NCBI GenBank assembly: GCA_963665235.2
Contig: CAXXLX010000001.1
Coordinates: 2,944,001-3,008,000, forward strand
Direction of reading: 5' to 3'
Source: Candidatus Poribacteria bacterium
GTDB taxonomy: Bacteria; Poribacteria; WGA-4E; WGA-3G
DNA: 64,000 bases
The position numbers were made by a program, and so were the translations under genes. Below, piece after piece: positions 1-9,179 of the stretch (within the stretch, counting starts at the first letter, position 1; each line of letters begins with the position of its first letter). The notes under the pieces are model-generated. The model had not been told where the DNA came from. It saw only the letters and a list, made by a program, of their open reading frames with translations, and searched no databases.

Positions 1-425
1 TTCTTCGAGGTGCCGTGCGGCCGAATGATACGCTCATTATTGAAGAACCTGAAGCACACCTTCATCCCGGGGCACAATCTACCATGGCGGTCGCCTTGGC
101 ACGTCTAGTTCACGCTGGTGTACACGTCGTCTTGACAACACATAGCGATTGGTTTCTTGAAGAGCTTGGCAATCTCCTTCGAGTAGGGGAGCTCAACGAG
201 CTTGGCGAACAGGTGAGCAACTCGCCCTATTTTCTCCGCAAAGACCAGATTGGGGTCTGGCATTTCCAAAAGGACCAGCCCGTGGAGGAAATTCCATATC
301 ACCGCTTCGCCGGCGTGGAACCCCAGGAGTACGGGACGATTGCTGAGACACTTTACAACCGTTCAGCAAGCCTCCAGAACCAACTTGAGCTTGCCACACA
401 GGGGAACGAATCAGACGATGACTGA
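1..425 (+). CDS. AAA/ABC-type ATPase (AAA_15/AAA_21-like), C-terminal part, 5'-truncated by the window edge
   Basis: Walker B/D-loop LIIEEPEAHLHP and switch VLTTHS; frame is open to the window start. Confidence 0.85.
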   Translation, partial: LRGAVRPNDTLIIEEPEAHLHPGAQSTMAVALARLVHAGVHVVLTTHSDWFLEELGNLLRVGELNELGEQVSNSPYFLRKDQIGVWHFQKDQPVEEIPYHRFAGVEPQEYGTIAETLYNRSASLQNQLELATQGNESDDD

Positions 426-909
426 AGTTCTTCGAAACATTGCAACACAAATCGGCGCGGCACATCTGATTTTCAATAAGAACGCGCTCACTCGAGAGAA
501 TTGTCGCGTAGACTTGACCGGTCTTCCGACCGATAGAGTTGTCGTAGATATGGACCTAATGTTTCCGAGTGGGCAGCCTGGTCAAAAACAGTGTGATTAC
601 GTTCTCTTTTTCCTGAATACGTCTCAAGACACCTGTTTCACCGTGCCGATGGAACTCAAAGGTGGCGCGATTAGAGGAGCCGTGGAACAGTTGCAACAGG
701 GGGCGGACTTTGCGGGGCACTATGTGCCGAGGGGTTACAAAACTATCTGCTTGCCAATCCTTTTTCATAAAGGTATTTCGACCTTAGCGCACAGAGCCCT
801 CCAAAAACGCAAGGTGCGTTTCCGAGGTTTGAAAATGACGGTGGAAACAACACGCTGCGATGCAAATAGGAATCTGGTTGCTGTTTTGTCAAAATCGAGT
901 CTCGACTAG
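418..909 (+). CDS. hypothetical protein, PD-(D/E)XK-like nuclease fold, coupled to the upstream ATPase
   Basis: ATG 418 overlaps the ATPase 3' end; motif CDYVLF...MELKGG. Confidence 0.6.
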   Translation: MTEVLRNIATQIGAAHLIFNKNALTRENCRVDLTGLPTDRVVVDMDLMFPSGQPGQKQCDYVLFFLNTSQDTCFTVPMELKGGAIRGAVEQLQQGADFAGHYVPRGYKTICLPILFHKGISTLAHRALQKRKVRFRGLKMTVETTRCDANRNLVAVLSKSSLD

Positions 910-960
910 CACTTTCGGGACTGCAATAGAGCTTGATAAATCGTGCTTTTAGGAACAAAA

Positions 961-1701
961 ATGCTGACACAAGAAATGTTACAGGACGTGCCGTCGTTGC
1001 CGGGAGTCTACTTTTTTCATGGTGCCTCCGGCAAAATTCTTTACATCGGCAAGGCGAAATGCTTACGAAAACGGGTACGCTCATACCTGCATAAGGTCAA
1101 AAAACGGCCCACCAAGATTAAACGGTTAGTGCGTTGGACAACGGATGTGCAGTATCAGGTATGTCGCTCGGAGTTAGAGGCTCTTTTCCTTGAATCCCGG
1201 TTGATTAAGGAGCATCAACCCTCTTACAACACTGCCTTAAAATATGAGCGGAAATCGTGGTATATTCGGATTGACCTTGGGGCAGATTTTCCAGCTGTGG
1301 AGCAGGTATCTGAAATCCAACCGGACACAGCCCGTTATTTCGGCCCGTTTTTTAGTAAAAGATGGACAGCAGAGGCTATTGACGTTTTTCATCGGATTTT
1401 TCCGATTCGAACGTGTGAGGGGAATATTGTGCCGCGTCCGGGGTTTCGGCCCTGTTTCCAATATCATATTGAGCGATGTCAGGCACCGTGTGCAGCGTAC
1501 GTTACAAAAACGACATATCAGGCAATGATAGCAGATATAGTCGATTTGCTGGATGGCAATTATTCGGAAGTTTTCATATCCCTGGTCAACAAGCGAGAGG
1601 CTGCGGCGGCAGCACTTCAATTTGAAAGAGCAGCTGCCTTTCAAAAACAGCTCGAACGGATCCAAAAGGTCTTTACGTTTTTGGACGCGTATCGAAAATA
1701 A
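961..1701 (+). CDS. GIY-YIG nuclease with UVR domain (UvrC N-terminal/Cho-like)
   Basis: PGVYFF...LYIGKAKCLRKRVRSY, YFGPF, Cys cluster, ALQFERAA UVR motif; lacks the UvrC C-terminal half. Confidence 0.85.
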   Translation: MLTQEMLQDVPSLPGVYFFHGASGKILYIGKAKCLRKRVRSYLHKVKKRPTKIKRLVRWTTDVQYQVCRSELEALFLESRLIKEHQPSYNTALKYERKSWYIRIDLGADFPAVEQVSEIQPDTARYFGPFFSKRWTAEAIDVFHRIFPIRTCEGNIVPRPGFRPCFQYHIERCQAPCAAYVTKTTYQAMIADIVDLLDGNYSEVFISLVNKREAAAAALQFERAAAFQKQLERIQKVFTFLDAYRK

Positions 1702-1736
1702 TGGTAGGGATCACATGAAATATGGAGATGAGACAG

Positions 1737-1857
1737 GTCAAGGCACCCACCACCTAAAGGCGGGGCCTTGTGCTTCGTAGACATAAGTCCTTCCGAAGAA
1801 GTGTCTCACATCGTCTCCACAGGGGCATCCAAGCAGCCCCTCAACATGAAAGTTGAC
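1737..1857 (-). mobile_element. non-autonomous IS200/IS605 derivative (right end/omegaRNA-like), no tnpA/tnpB
   Basis: Minus strand reads CCTGTGGAGA...GAAGCACAAGGCCCCGCCTTTAGGTGGTGGGTGCCTTGAC, resembling IS605 right ends. Confidence 0.55.
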
Positions 1858-2217
1858 TATTTATTTTCGGAATAAGTCGTTTTGGACTTGATAAAATTTG
1901 TTAAATCGCCTTAAACGCTTGTGTTTATTAGGTTTTTAGCTTATCCAAAGTACCCAAGATTGATATAATATCAGTACTCATTACTGACCCGTATAGCGGG
2001 TATAATAAGATAATAAGATTGGTAAAGAAATGAAAAAAGTGTTATACTCTATAATATCGACCAAACGTATCATTCAATATGGGATTCCTTTTACTAAAAT
2101 TAGATTTTAGGCTGATGCTTTGGTCGGCAGGGAATCCCTACCTTTATTATCTTTGGTGGAAGGTCCACCGAATAAGAACAGGGAACCCGACCAACTTTTA
2201 CATTAAGGAGAATTCTT

Positions 2218-3056
2218 ATGTTAAAAATAAGATTAGTTCTGCTTGTAGTCGCGCTCTGTTTCCTGTTCGCTGTTCTGAATAGTCCTGCAGCGTCTGTCGA
2301 TATGTCCGCAGGGGTTTATGATGATAATGGCGATGGTAATGACACTGTCTTCGTCACTGTAGTCGCAGATGAAGACATATTGTGTATCGACTGGTCTATC
2401 CGGTCCACAGACGACACCTTATACCCTGACCCTAAAAAGCCCTTTTTATTTGAAAAGTCGGGGATGTATGGCACGAGATGGGTTTATGAGTCCTTCTCCA
2501 TCCCAGGGCACATTAAAGGCACAAAATATATGATAGAAGCAGAGGCCTGGTTCTGGGATGGAACAATTGCGTATCGGATACTGCTTCGGATGAGTTTCGT
2601 GTCTATAAACCGATCGTCAAAACCGGTGTTGGCAGTTTAACCGGTGTTAATGGTACTGCATGCATTTGGAGGCAAGAGTTTAATGGGTGGTCTTTCACCA
2701 TGAGTGGTTATGTCCGCGTCCGTAACGACACCAAACAGACCCTCACTGCACTCGGGTGGTTCCGACATCAAGAGTGGGATGACGAAGACGGCGATTTTAT
2801 ATCTGAAAAACGGGATACAAAAGACATGGTCTCCCTTGAACCGGGTGATGGGTATTACGAGAACCCCGATACTTCAACAATAGAATTTGTGCACGGCAGA
2901 CCGATGAGCCCGACTGACAAGCGTTTTTTTAATGCACATACTCACCTTCAGGTGGGTCTCACGCGAGGTAATGCTGAGAGAGACGACTGGGAGGCAGATA
3001 CAGAACAACAGACGGGGACGACTGCTGTAAAGTTTACGGATAAAGACAATCCATAG
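2218..3056 (+). pseudogene. secreted hypothetical protein split by a frameshift near 2560
   Basis: RBS AAGGAG and signal peptide at 2218; the frame of ORF 2700-3056 is open back to 2562 (NNCVSDTASDEFRVYKP...). Confidence 0.6.
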
Positions 3057-3121
3057 TCGTTTGTCCATAAAACCGGCAGGGGACACGTGCCCCTGCCACT
3101 CTCTCTAAAAGGAGCAATGTT

Positions 3122-4189
3122 ATGAACGGATACAAAGTCAGTATACTCTGCTTGCTGCTATTGCTGCTCGGGACAGCCGCCCACGCCAAAATCCTTTTCG
3201 GTTTCTTTCGCGATGGGGAGATAGGCAAAATAGGCAGTGGGGTGAAAGGTATCTACGTGATGGACGATGATGGCAGCAACCTGACACTTCTTATAGAAAC
3301 CAAAGACGAAGGTGGTTGGAAGTTGAGACCCAGCTCCGCGCGCTGGTCTCCAAACGGTCAACAGATACTGTTTCGGATGGGTTCTTCCCTCTATTTGATG
3401 GATGCGGATGGCACAAACATTCAGCGACTCCCAGAAACCAGTCATGTCCTTAGCGGTTCCTTTTCACCGGATGGAAAGTCTATCGTTTATGCGAGAGATA
3501 TTTATGAGGGTGCCAAGTTTATAAAACACACTATCACCGTGATGGAGCTTGCGACGCGCAAGACGAAAATCATTGCGGAGGAAGATGCTGTCAACTGCGA
3601 TTGGTCGCCCGATGGGAAGCAGATTGTGTATGATAAACCGTCGGGGGTTGGTGGTGGGGGGGGCACGATTTGGATTATGGGTGCAGATGGAGAGAACCCG
3701 CGCCCATTGATTCCCGCTCCGCCTAAGGGCAAATTTCGGACACACCGCCAAGTCCCGCGTTGGTCGCCCGATGGCAAACATGTTGCGTTTCTGCAAAGAG
3801 AGTATAGCTGGCAGCGGTGGCCGGGGCTGAATCCCACGTTTCTCATCTACCATGCACATCGGTATATGATATGTGATCGCGACGGTGTTCATATCCAACA
3901 ACTGCTGATCCCCAAAGACTACGAAGCGGTGAGTTTAGACTGGATGGATGATGGCGCCTCTATCGTTTTCACTGCAATCGCTGATGCTCCCATAGACGAA
4001 CCGGTCCTGCGCGATTTTGTGTGGCCCCCGAGTTATGTCTATAAATATCATAGACGGACAGGGGACATCATACAGCTCACAAACAATCCGGAGTGGGATC
4101 AGGTAATAGATTGGATAAGTGATGATGCGCTGCCTGTAGCCCCACACGGAAACAAAAAAAAAGTGACGTGGGGAGTGCTGAAGAAATAA
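3122..4189 (+). CDS. secreted TolB-like (PD40) beta-propeller protein
   Basis: Signal peptide; repeated WSPDG/FSPDG motifs; C-terminal KKVTWGVLKK. Confidence 0.9.
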   Translation: MNGYKVSILCLLLLLLGTAAHAKILFGFFRDGEIGKIGSGVKGIYVMDDDGSNLTLLIETKDEGGWKLRPSSARWSPNGQQILFRMGSSLYLMDADGTNIQRLPETSHVLSGSFSPDGKSIVYARDIYEGAKFIKHTITVMELATRKTKIIAEEDAVNCDWSPDGKQIVYDKPSGVGGGGGTIWIMGADGENPRPLIPAPPKGKFRTHRQVPRWSPDGKHVAFLQREYSWQRWPGLNPTFLIYHAHRYMICDRDGVHIQQLLIPKDYEAVSLDWMDDGASIVFTAIADAPIDEPVLRDFVWPPSYVYKYHRRTGDIIQLTNNPEWDQVIDWISDDALPVAPHGNKKKVTWGVLKK

Positions 4190-4387
4190 AACCTTAATTT
4201 ATTTTTGAGAGTGCTTTTATCATACCCACGCTTTTACCTGTGGCAGTCCAGGACACGAACACTGGCTTTTAGCAATTAGCAAGAGAGGAAATGCCACCCT
4301 CTGACGCCCGTCAGAAACCTGTTTAGGATCACAACATCTTGCTAATCGCCAACGGTCAACGGTTTCCAATAGCCAACAAAAAAGGAG

Positions 4388-4430
4388 CGGGCATTCCTCC
4401 CCGCGCTAAAGCGTCGGGGTCTCCTGCCCG
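4388..4430. mobile_element. IS200/IS605-type terminal hairpin remnant
   Basis: CGGGCATTCCTCCCCGCGCTAAAGCGTCGGGGTCTCCTGCCCG: nested palindrome with the TTCCTCCCC..TAAAG..GGGGT pattern. Confidence 0.5.
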
Positions 4431-4437
4431 AAGATTG

Positions 4438-4746
4438 ATGGACAAAGAAGTCCTTGGTGGGACTGATGGCAAAGCCCGTTGCAATTGTGGCAAGCTCCGT
4501 TACCCGCGTTATCCTATATGCCCTAAATGCTACTATGAGGGACCACAGAAACCCCCGAAAAAGTTGTCGCGCGAGGAATTGTTGAAAATGCAAACGCCTA
4601 AACGGATGCCACTCGCCGACCGACAGGAGCGGATACAATTCCTGCAAAAGCGTTACGGCACGCAATTGCGAGGAAAAGATATCCGATATATGAAAAATGC
4701 ACAGGTGTACGCCTTGTCAGAACAAGCAGGCTATAGGCGGAAATAA
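4438..4746 (+). CDS. small basic hypothetical protein with CxC...CxxC Zn-ribbon
   Basis: MDKEV...CNCGK...CPKC; the longer upstream ORF extension runs through the IS-like hairpin. Confidence 0.55.
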   Translation: MDKEVLGGTDGKARCNCGKLRYPRYPICPKCYYEGPQKPPKKLSREELLKMQTPKRMPLADRQERIQFLQKRYGTQLRGKDIRYMKNAQVYALSEQAGYRRK

Positions 4747-4762
4747 TTTTTGAAAATATTCC

Positions 4763-4791
4763 TTGACAAATAATTACAGCTATGCTACAAT
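4763..4791 (+). promoter_or_regulatory. sigma70 promoter for the HMA gene pair
   Basis: TTGACA-17 nt-TACAAT with extended -10 TG; RBS AAGGAGG upstream of ATG 4827. Confidence 0.75.
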
Positions 4792-4826
4792 AATTAATAA
4801 TCAATAATTCTGAAGGAGGAAATTCG

Positions 4827-5204
4827 ATGTATATCGCAAGACTATCACTGATTTGCCTCGTCGCCTTTGCATTCCTCATCGGTTGCGGCATGCTGAATAA
4901 GCAGGCAGAGATGACCGAGCCTACGCAAACCGAAACGGCTGAAGCTGTGACTGTGACGGAAGTGGTGAAGACCAAACCGGTCATAGAGGAAGTGACGCTT
5001 AAGGTAACAGGTATGACGTGAGGCGGCTGTACCAGTGCGGTGCAGGATGCACTCAGTCAGGTCACCGGTGTCTCTGAGGTTGTCAGTGTTTCTAGAAAGA
5101 CGAGTACGGCTGTCGTGAAGATTAAAAAGGGCAAAGTTACACATGCTGCCCTGATTCAGGCTGTTGAAGCTGATCCGCGTTTCAAGGCAACAGTCGCTAA
5201 TTAG
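4827..5204 (+). CDS. lipoprotein with HMA domain, selenocysteine UxxC motif (TGA 5019-5021 read through), 125 aa
   Basis: Lipobox-like FLIGC; VTLKVTGMT-TGA-GGCTSAVQDALSQVTGVSEV...KATVAN-TAG completes an HMA fold; SECIS-like hairpin downstream. Confidence 0.85.
5039..5053 (+). promoter_or_regulatory. SECIS-like hairpin
   Basis: G-GTGCA-GGA-TGCAC-T with a G-initial loop 23 nt after the in-frame TGA. Confidence 0.7.
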
Positions 5205-5265
5205 CAGTATGGAGGGGTGAGGATTACTCACTCTTTACGCTACCTCAAAAAGGAGCACGATTGAC

Positions 5266-5694
5266 ATGTTGAACAAATTTGCTTTCTGCGCTATCGTCCT
5301 TATGGTGTTCGCGGTATTTTTGGGATGCCCCGACTCACAGAAGGAATCCGATGATAAGGCAGCAGAAGTAGAATCTACGGAAAAAGCACCCCAGGCCGTG
5401 GTAAAATCTGCCGAAGACACAGAGGAAAAGGCAGCGGAAGCGGATGGGGCCGAAGCGACTCCTCAGCTCGCTGTTGAAGAAATCAGTTTAACAGTGACCG
5501 GTATGACGTGAGGCAGCTGTACCAGTGCGGTGCAGGATGCACTCAGTAAAGTCCCCGGTGTCTCTGAGGTTGTTAGTGTTTCTATGGCTGATAATAAAGC
5601 TGTGGTGAAAGCTGAAAAGGGTAAGGTTGAAACGTCAGCCTTAATCGCTGCTGTTGAAGCTGACCCACGTTTTAAGGCGACAGTTGCTGAATAA
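5266..5694 (+). CDS. paralogous lipoprotein with HMA domain, selenocysteine UxxC motif (TGA 5509-5511), 142 aa
   Basis: RBS AAGGAG; lipobox-like VFLGC; acidic linker; ISLTVTGMT-TGA-GSCTSAVQDALSKVPGVSEV...KATVAE-TAA. Confidence 0.85.
5529..5543 (+). promoter_or_regulatory. SECIS-like hairpin (identical to copy 1)
   Basis: GGTGCAGGATGCACT at the same offset from the TGA. Confidence 0.7.
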
Positions 5695-5703
5695 AACGCC
5701 TCG

Positions 5704-5758
5704 GAAGGGCGGGCCCCGCTCGCCCTTCACTTCTCAAATCTCTCATCTTTTTTCTTTC
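5704..5758 (+). terminator. intrinsic terminator-like hairpin after the HMA pair
   Basis: GAAGGGCG...CGCCCTTC stem followed by a pyrimidine/T-rich tract, located after the read-through stop. Confidence 0.6.
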
Positions 5759-5823
5759 ATAAACGCTTAAAACCTCATGCATGCCAAGACGTGTGGGGAT
5801 TCTTTTTTTAGAGGAGCATTCCG

Positions 5824-6999
5824 ATGCACAAAATAGAAGCAATCTTTCTAGGATGTACGTTCATCGTTTTGATAGTGCAATGCATCCCAACGTTTGCTGC
5901 AGAAATCCCCCCGGTATTCGAAACAATTGACCCGTATCTAGCCAACCCCGCCGCGGACCACATTTATGAAATTCCGGTCGTTATCATGCGGTTTTTACCC
6001 ACAGCAGATGGCGAAAATTTGGATGTGACCAAAGCACCCGACTTAGGGAAAATTTCTTTGACAGAACTGAAAGCGAGAATCGATACCTTTGATAAACGGG
6101 TTAAGTTTATGCTTGAAGAGGGGAGTCGATTCAGAGGATATAAAAATCCGACAGCACCGCCCTCGATAGGCTATCGGGTTGTTGAATATATTACTGTTTA
6201 TGAGTCGCCCCCGCTCGGCCCGATTATTGGGCACGAAGATGACCTTCCTGTCTATGCCCCCGATTTCCATCAAGTCTTCAAGAGATTCAACATGGAACAT
6301 TATGTTAACGAGCGAGGTGTCAAAGAGATTTGGGTGTGGATGGGGGCACGTGTTGGAACCGGCATTCCGAGGTCTGAAAAACGGTTACACTGGTGGGAAT
6401 CTAACATGTCAAGCCCGTTGACAGGCGACATCTCGAACAGCAATCGGGATAATACGGATTTACCGGTCTACAATTCCACCTATACCGTATATGGACAAAA
6501 TTTCGGACGTTCCCAAGCGGAAGCTGTACATAACCACGGTCATCAGTTGGAGGCGATATTAAGCCATGTGAATCATTTACAATATGGAAATACGGACCTC
6601 TTTTGGAAAAAGTTTGTCGGACAGGACAAGGATGGAAACTTCATCACGGGACGCGCCGGGTGGACCCACATGCCACCGAACACAACTAAGCATTATGACT
6701 ATACGGGAACGAGAACGCCTGTCGAAAGCGATATTGAGGACTGGACACCGGATAACAGCGGTGAAAAGAAATTGATCAACGTCGATACTTACGGTAATCT
6801 ACAATACCGATGGCCAGAGCCGAATCCTACCGAGATTCCGCAACGGGTGGAATGTCAGTGGTATATCTATTGGATGCAGAATATGCCGGGGTATCAGAAC
6901 CGAATTCAATATAATGGAAAAGACATCGCAAATTGGTGGTTGTTTACCGCGGACTGGGATGCAGCCATTGCCAGCGGGGCACGTCTTGTCTCCAAATGA
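5824..6999 (+). CDS. secreted hypothetical protein, possible zincin-like metal site
   Basis: Signal peptide, RBS GAGGAG, HNHGHQLE motif. Confidence 0.7.
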   Translation: MHKIEAIFLGCTFIVLIVQCIPTFAAEIPPVFETIDPYLANPAADHIYEIPVVIMRFLPTADGENLDVTKAPDLGKISLTELKARIDTFDKRVKFMLEEGSRFRGYKNPTAPPSIGYRVVEYITVYESPPLGPIIGHEDDLPVYAPDFHQVFKRFNMEHYVNERGVKEIWVWMGARVGTGIPRSEKRLHWWESNMSSPLTGDISNSNRDNTDLPVYNSTYTVYGQNFGRSQAEAVHNHGHQLEAILSHVNHLQYGNTDLFWKKFVGQDKDGNFITGRAGWTHMPPNTTKHYDYTGTRTPVESDIEDWTPDNSGEKKLINVDTYGNLQYRWPEPNPTEIPQRVECQWYIYWMQNMPGYQNRIQYNGKDIANWWLFTADWDAAIASGARLVSK

Positions 7000-7029
7000 A
7001 GATGTAGCTCTTTCATGAAAAGCAGGGTG

Positions 7030-7890
7030 CTACTGCTTTTTCGTAAAGAGTGGGTTGTCAAGCAGCGATTGCACCTCATAGATAGAGCCTTTCTTTTCCG
7101 AGTAAGGTTCCGGCATTCGAACCGGTGTAGGGACGATGCGGGGTTGATTCGTCGGCTCGCCACGGAGGATAAAGTCGTTAAAGGTGTCCCAATCCGGAAT
7201 ACCTTTTAGGGGCCAGGCATCTACGGCACAATATTGGGCGAGCATTAAGCGGCGCGGCGCGGCAGAGGTGTTTGGCGCGGAGCCGTGCAACGCTCTGACG
7301 TGATGAATTGAAATACCCCCCGCTTTTAGTTCAAGCGGCACAGCCCCATCAGGCGTGAAATCGGAGTCGGTCACCGCCCCAACGAATGCCCCATTTTGGT
7401 GATGATCTAAGGTTGGACCTTTGTGGGACCCGGGGAGTATCATCAGGGCACCGTTTTCGACTGTCATATCGTCGATGACAACACCGACTGCAAGCAAATC
7501 ATCGTTGGTGTGTGGATAAAACGCCCAATCCTGATGCCATTCTACAGGGCTGCCAAATTCCGGATATTTCATATTCAGTTTATGTCCATTATATCGAATT
7601 CCTGCTCCGATGAGTTCTGCGACGATGTCCAGGACTTTAGGGTGCCGCAAGGTTTGGTCATAGACAGTGTGATATAGGCACGGGTTTTTGATACGACGTA
7701 CGCGCGGCGTGGCAGGAGTATGCCCTGGCTCTAAATCGAAAATATCGGTATGTTCCGTGACCTCTCTAGATTTCTCAACAAATTCAGCGGTAACCTGTCG
7801 AAGTGCTGCTATCTCCTCTTCGGTGAGTACTGCCTCAACACCGAGGTAGCCGTTTTCGTCGTAAAAATTTCGTTGTTCTTGTGTGAGCAT
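7030..7890 (-). CDS. phytanoyl-CoA dioxygenase (PhyH) family protein
   Basis: WHQD, ENGAL..PGSH, HGS motifs; RBS AGGAGG before MLTQEQ. Confidence 0.92.
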   Translation of the reverse strand: MLTQEQRNFYDENGYLGVEAVLTEEEIAALRQVTAEFVEKSREVTEHTDIFDLEPGHTPATPRVRRIKNPCLYHTVYDQTLRHPKVLDIVAELIGAGIRYNGHKLNMKYPEFGSPVEWHQDWAFYPHTNDDLLAVGVVIDDMTVENGALMILPGSHKGPTLDHHQNGAFVGAVTDSDFTPDGAVPLELKAGGISIHHVRALHGSAPNTSAAPRRLMLAQYCAVDAWPLKGIPDWDTFNDFILRGEPTNQPRIVPTPVRMPEPYSEKKGSIYEVQSLLDNPLFTKKQ

Positions 7891-8046
7891 TGTGTAATGC
7901 CTCCTAATATAACTCAAGTTGCTACTTAGCTGTCCTTGTCCGTTGGGTTGAATGAAGTCCAAATCCGATTTCTTTCTCTTGCTGTCTGCTAATTGCTAAT
8001 TGCTAATCTTAGTATACATCAATACGTGAGATTCTGTCAATATTTT

Positions 8047-9147
8047 TTATGAGTGATTAAGTAGATGCTTATAAACATCTTGAATCTTTTGGATATGTGT
8101 TTCAATGCCGAATGCCGCCTCCGCCCGTCTTCGCCCCGCGGTGCCCATTTGGATGCACAGCTCAGGGGCCGTGGCGAGTTCTATAATTTGGTGTGCGATT
8201 ACCGCGGGGGGGTCTAACGGCATAATGTATCCTGTTACACCGTGAACAATCATTTCAGCAGTACTGCCGATAGAGGTCCCGATGACCGGCTTTCCAGATG
8301 CCATTGCTTCTGCGATAACACTCCCCGCTGAAAGTGTGATGAGGAGGTCAAGTTCTTGCATTGCTTCGGGCATATCTGTGCGGTGCCCTGATAAGCAAAT
8401 TACTTCGTCCAATTGACGTTCAGCTATCAATTGACGTACTTCGCGCAGGTACACACGGTGTTCGCGAGTATCTAATGCAGCACCGATAATATAAAAACGG
8501 ACATTTTGGTGGCGTGCGACGACCTCGGCGGCTATCTCAATAAACGTTTTTTGCTGTTTAAAGGGTTCAATCCTGCCGACTATCCCGACGCTAAACGCCT
8601 CTCCCTTCTTACTCTCTCTTACGGGAGCAGGACAAAAAACGGAGAGGTCAACGCAATTTAAAATAACATCAATCTTTTCTGAACAGATACCCGCTTGAAC
8701 CAGTGGAAGCTTGCTCTGCTCGGAGATAGCGATGATATGCGTCATTTCAGCGAACTGATACTTTTGCACCTGCTCGGGGGTGAGGACATTCCGCACATGC
8801 GAAACGGTAGGAATGCTTAGCTGTTTTCCGGTATACCAAACATAAGGGTTAAGCCACGAATCGGAAGTATGTATCAATTGCGTATTGTGCCGTTTTGCGA
8901 TTGCCGTTAGCTTTCTTGCGGCACTGTGTCGTGTGAGGCGCGATGTCGCCTTACGCCACGGCGGAAGATTGAGTATAACCGTAGGAACACTCGCTGCCCG
9001 TAAGTGGTCAGCGAAGATGCCATCGTCTGGACAGACAACTATCGGTTGATAACGGTTTCTATCTAAGTGTGAGACAAGATATAGGAGCTGTTTTTCACCC
9101 CCGCCGATGTTTGAACCGCAATGGCTGAGATAGAGTATAGGAATCAT
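8047..9147 (-). CDS. GT4 family glycosyltransferase
   Basis: GGGEK, VGRI, EAMASGKPVI. Confidence 0.92.
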   Translation of the reverse strand: MIPILYLSHCGSNIGGGEKQLLYLVSHLDRNRYQPIVVCPDDGIFADHLRAASVPTVILNLPPWRKATSRLTRHSAARKLTAIAKRHNTQLIHTSDSWLNPYVWYTGKQLSIPTVSHVRNVLTPEQVQKYQFAEMTHIIAISEQSKLPLVQAGICSEKIDVILNCVDLSVFCPAPVRESKKGEAFSVGIVGRIEPFKQQKTFIEIAAEVVARHQNVRFYIIGAALDTREHRVYLREVRQLIAERQLDEVICLSGHRTDMPEAMQELDLLITLSAGSVIAEAMASGKPVIGTSIGSTAEMIVHGVTGYIMPLDPPAVIAHQIIELATAPELCIQMGTAGRRRAEAAFGIETHIQKIQDVYKHLLNHS

Positions 9148-9179
9148 CGCTTCGACTCTAAAATACGCGGCTATAGACG

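Noticed and set aside
4827-5511. Two short 64- and 81-aa genes or nonsense pseudogenes
   Set aside because: The same TGA at a Cys position in both diverged paralogs, with a conserved hairpin and intact downstream frame, favours Sec recoding
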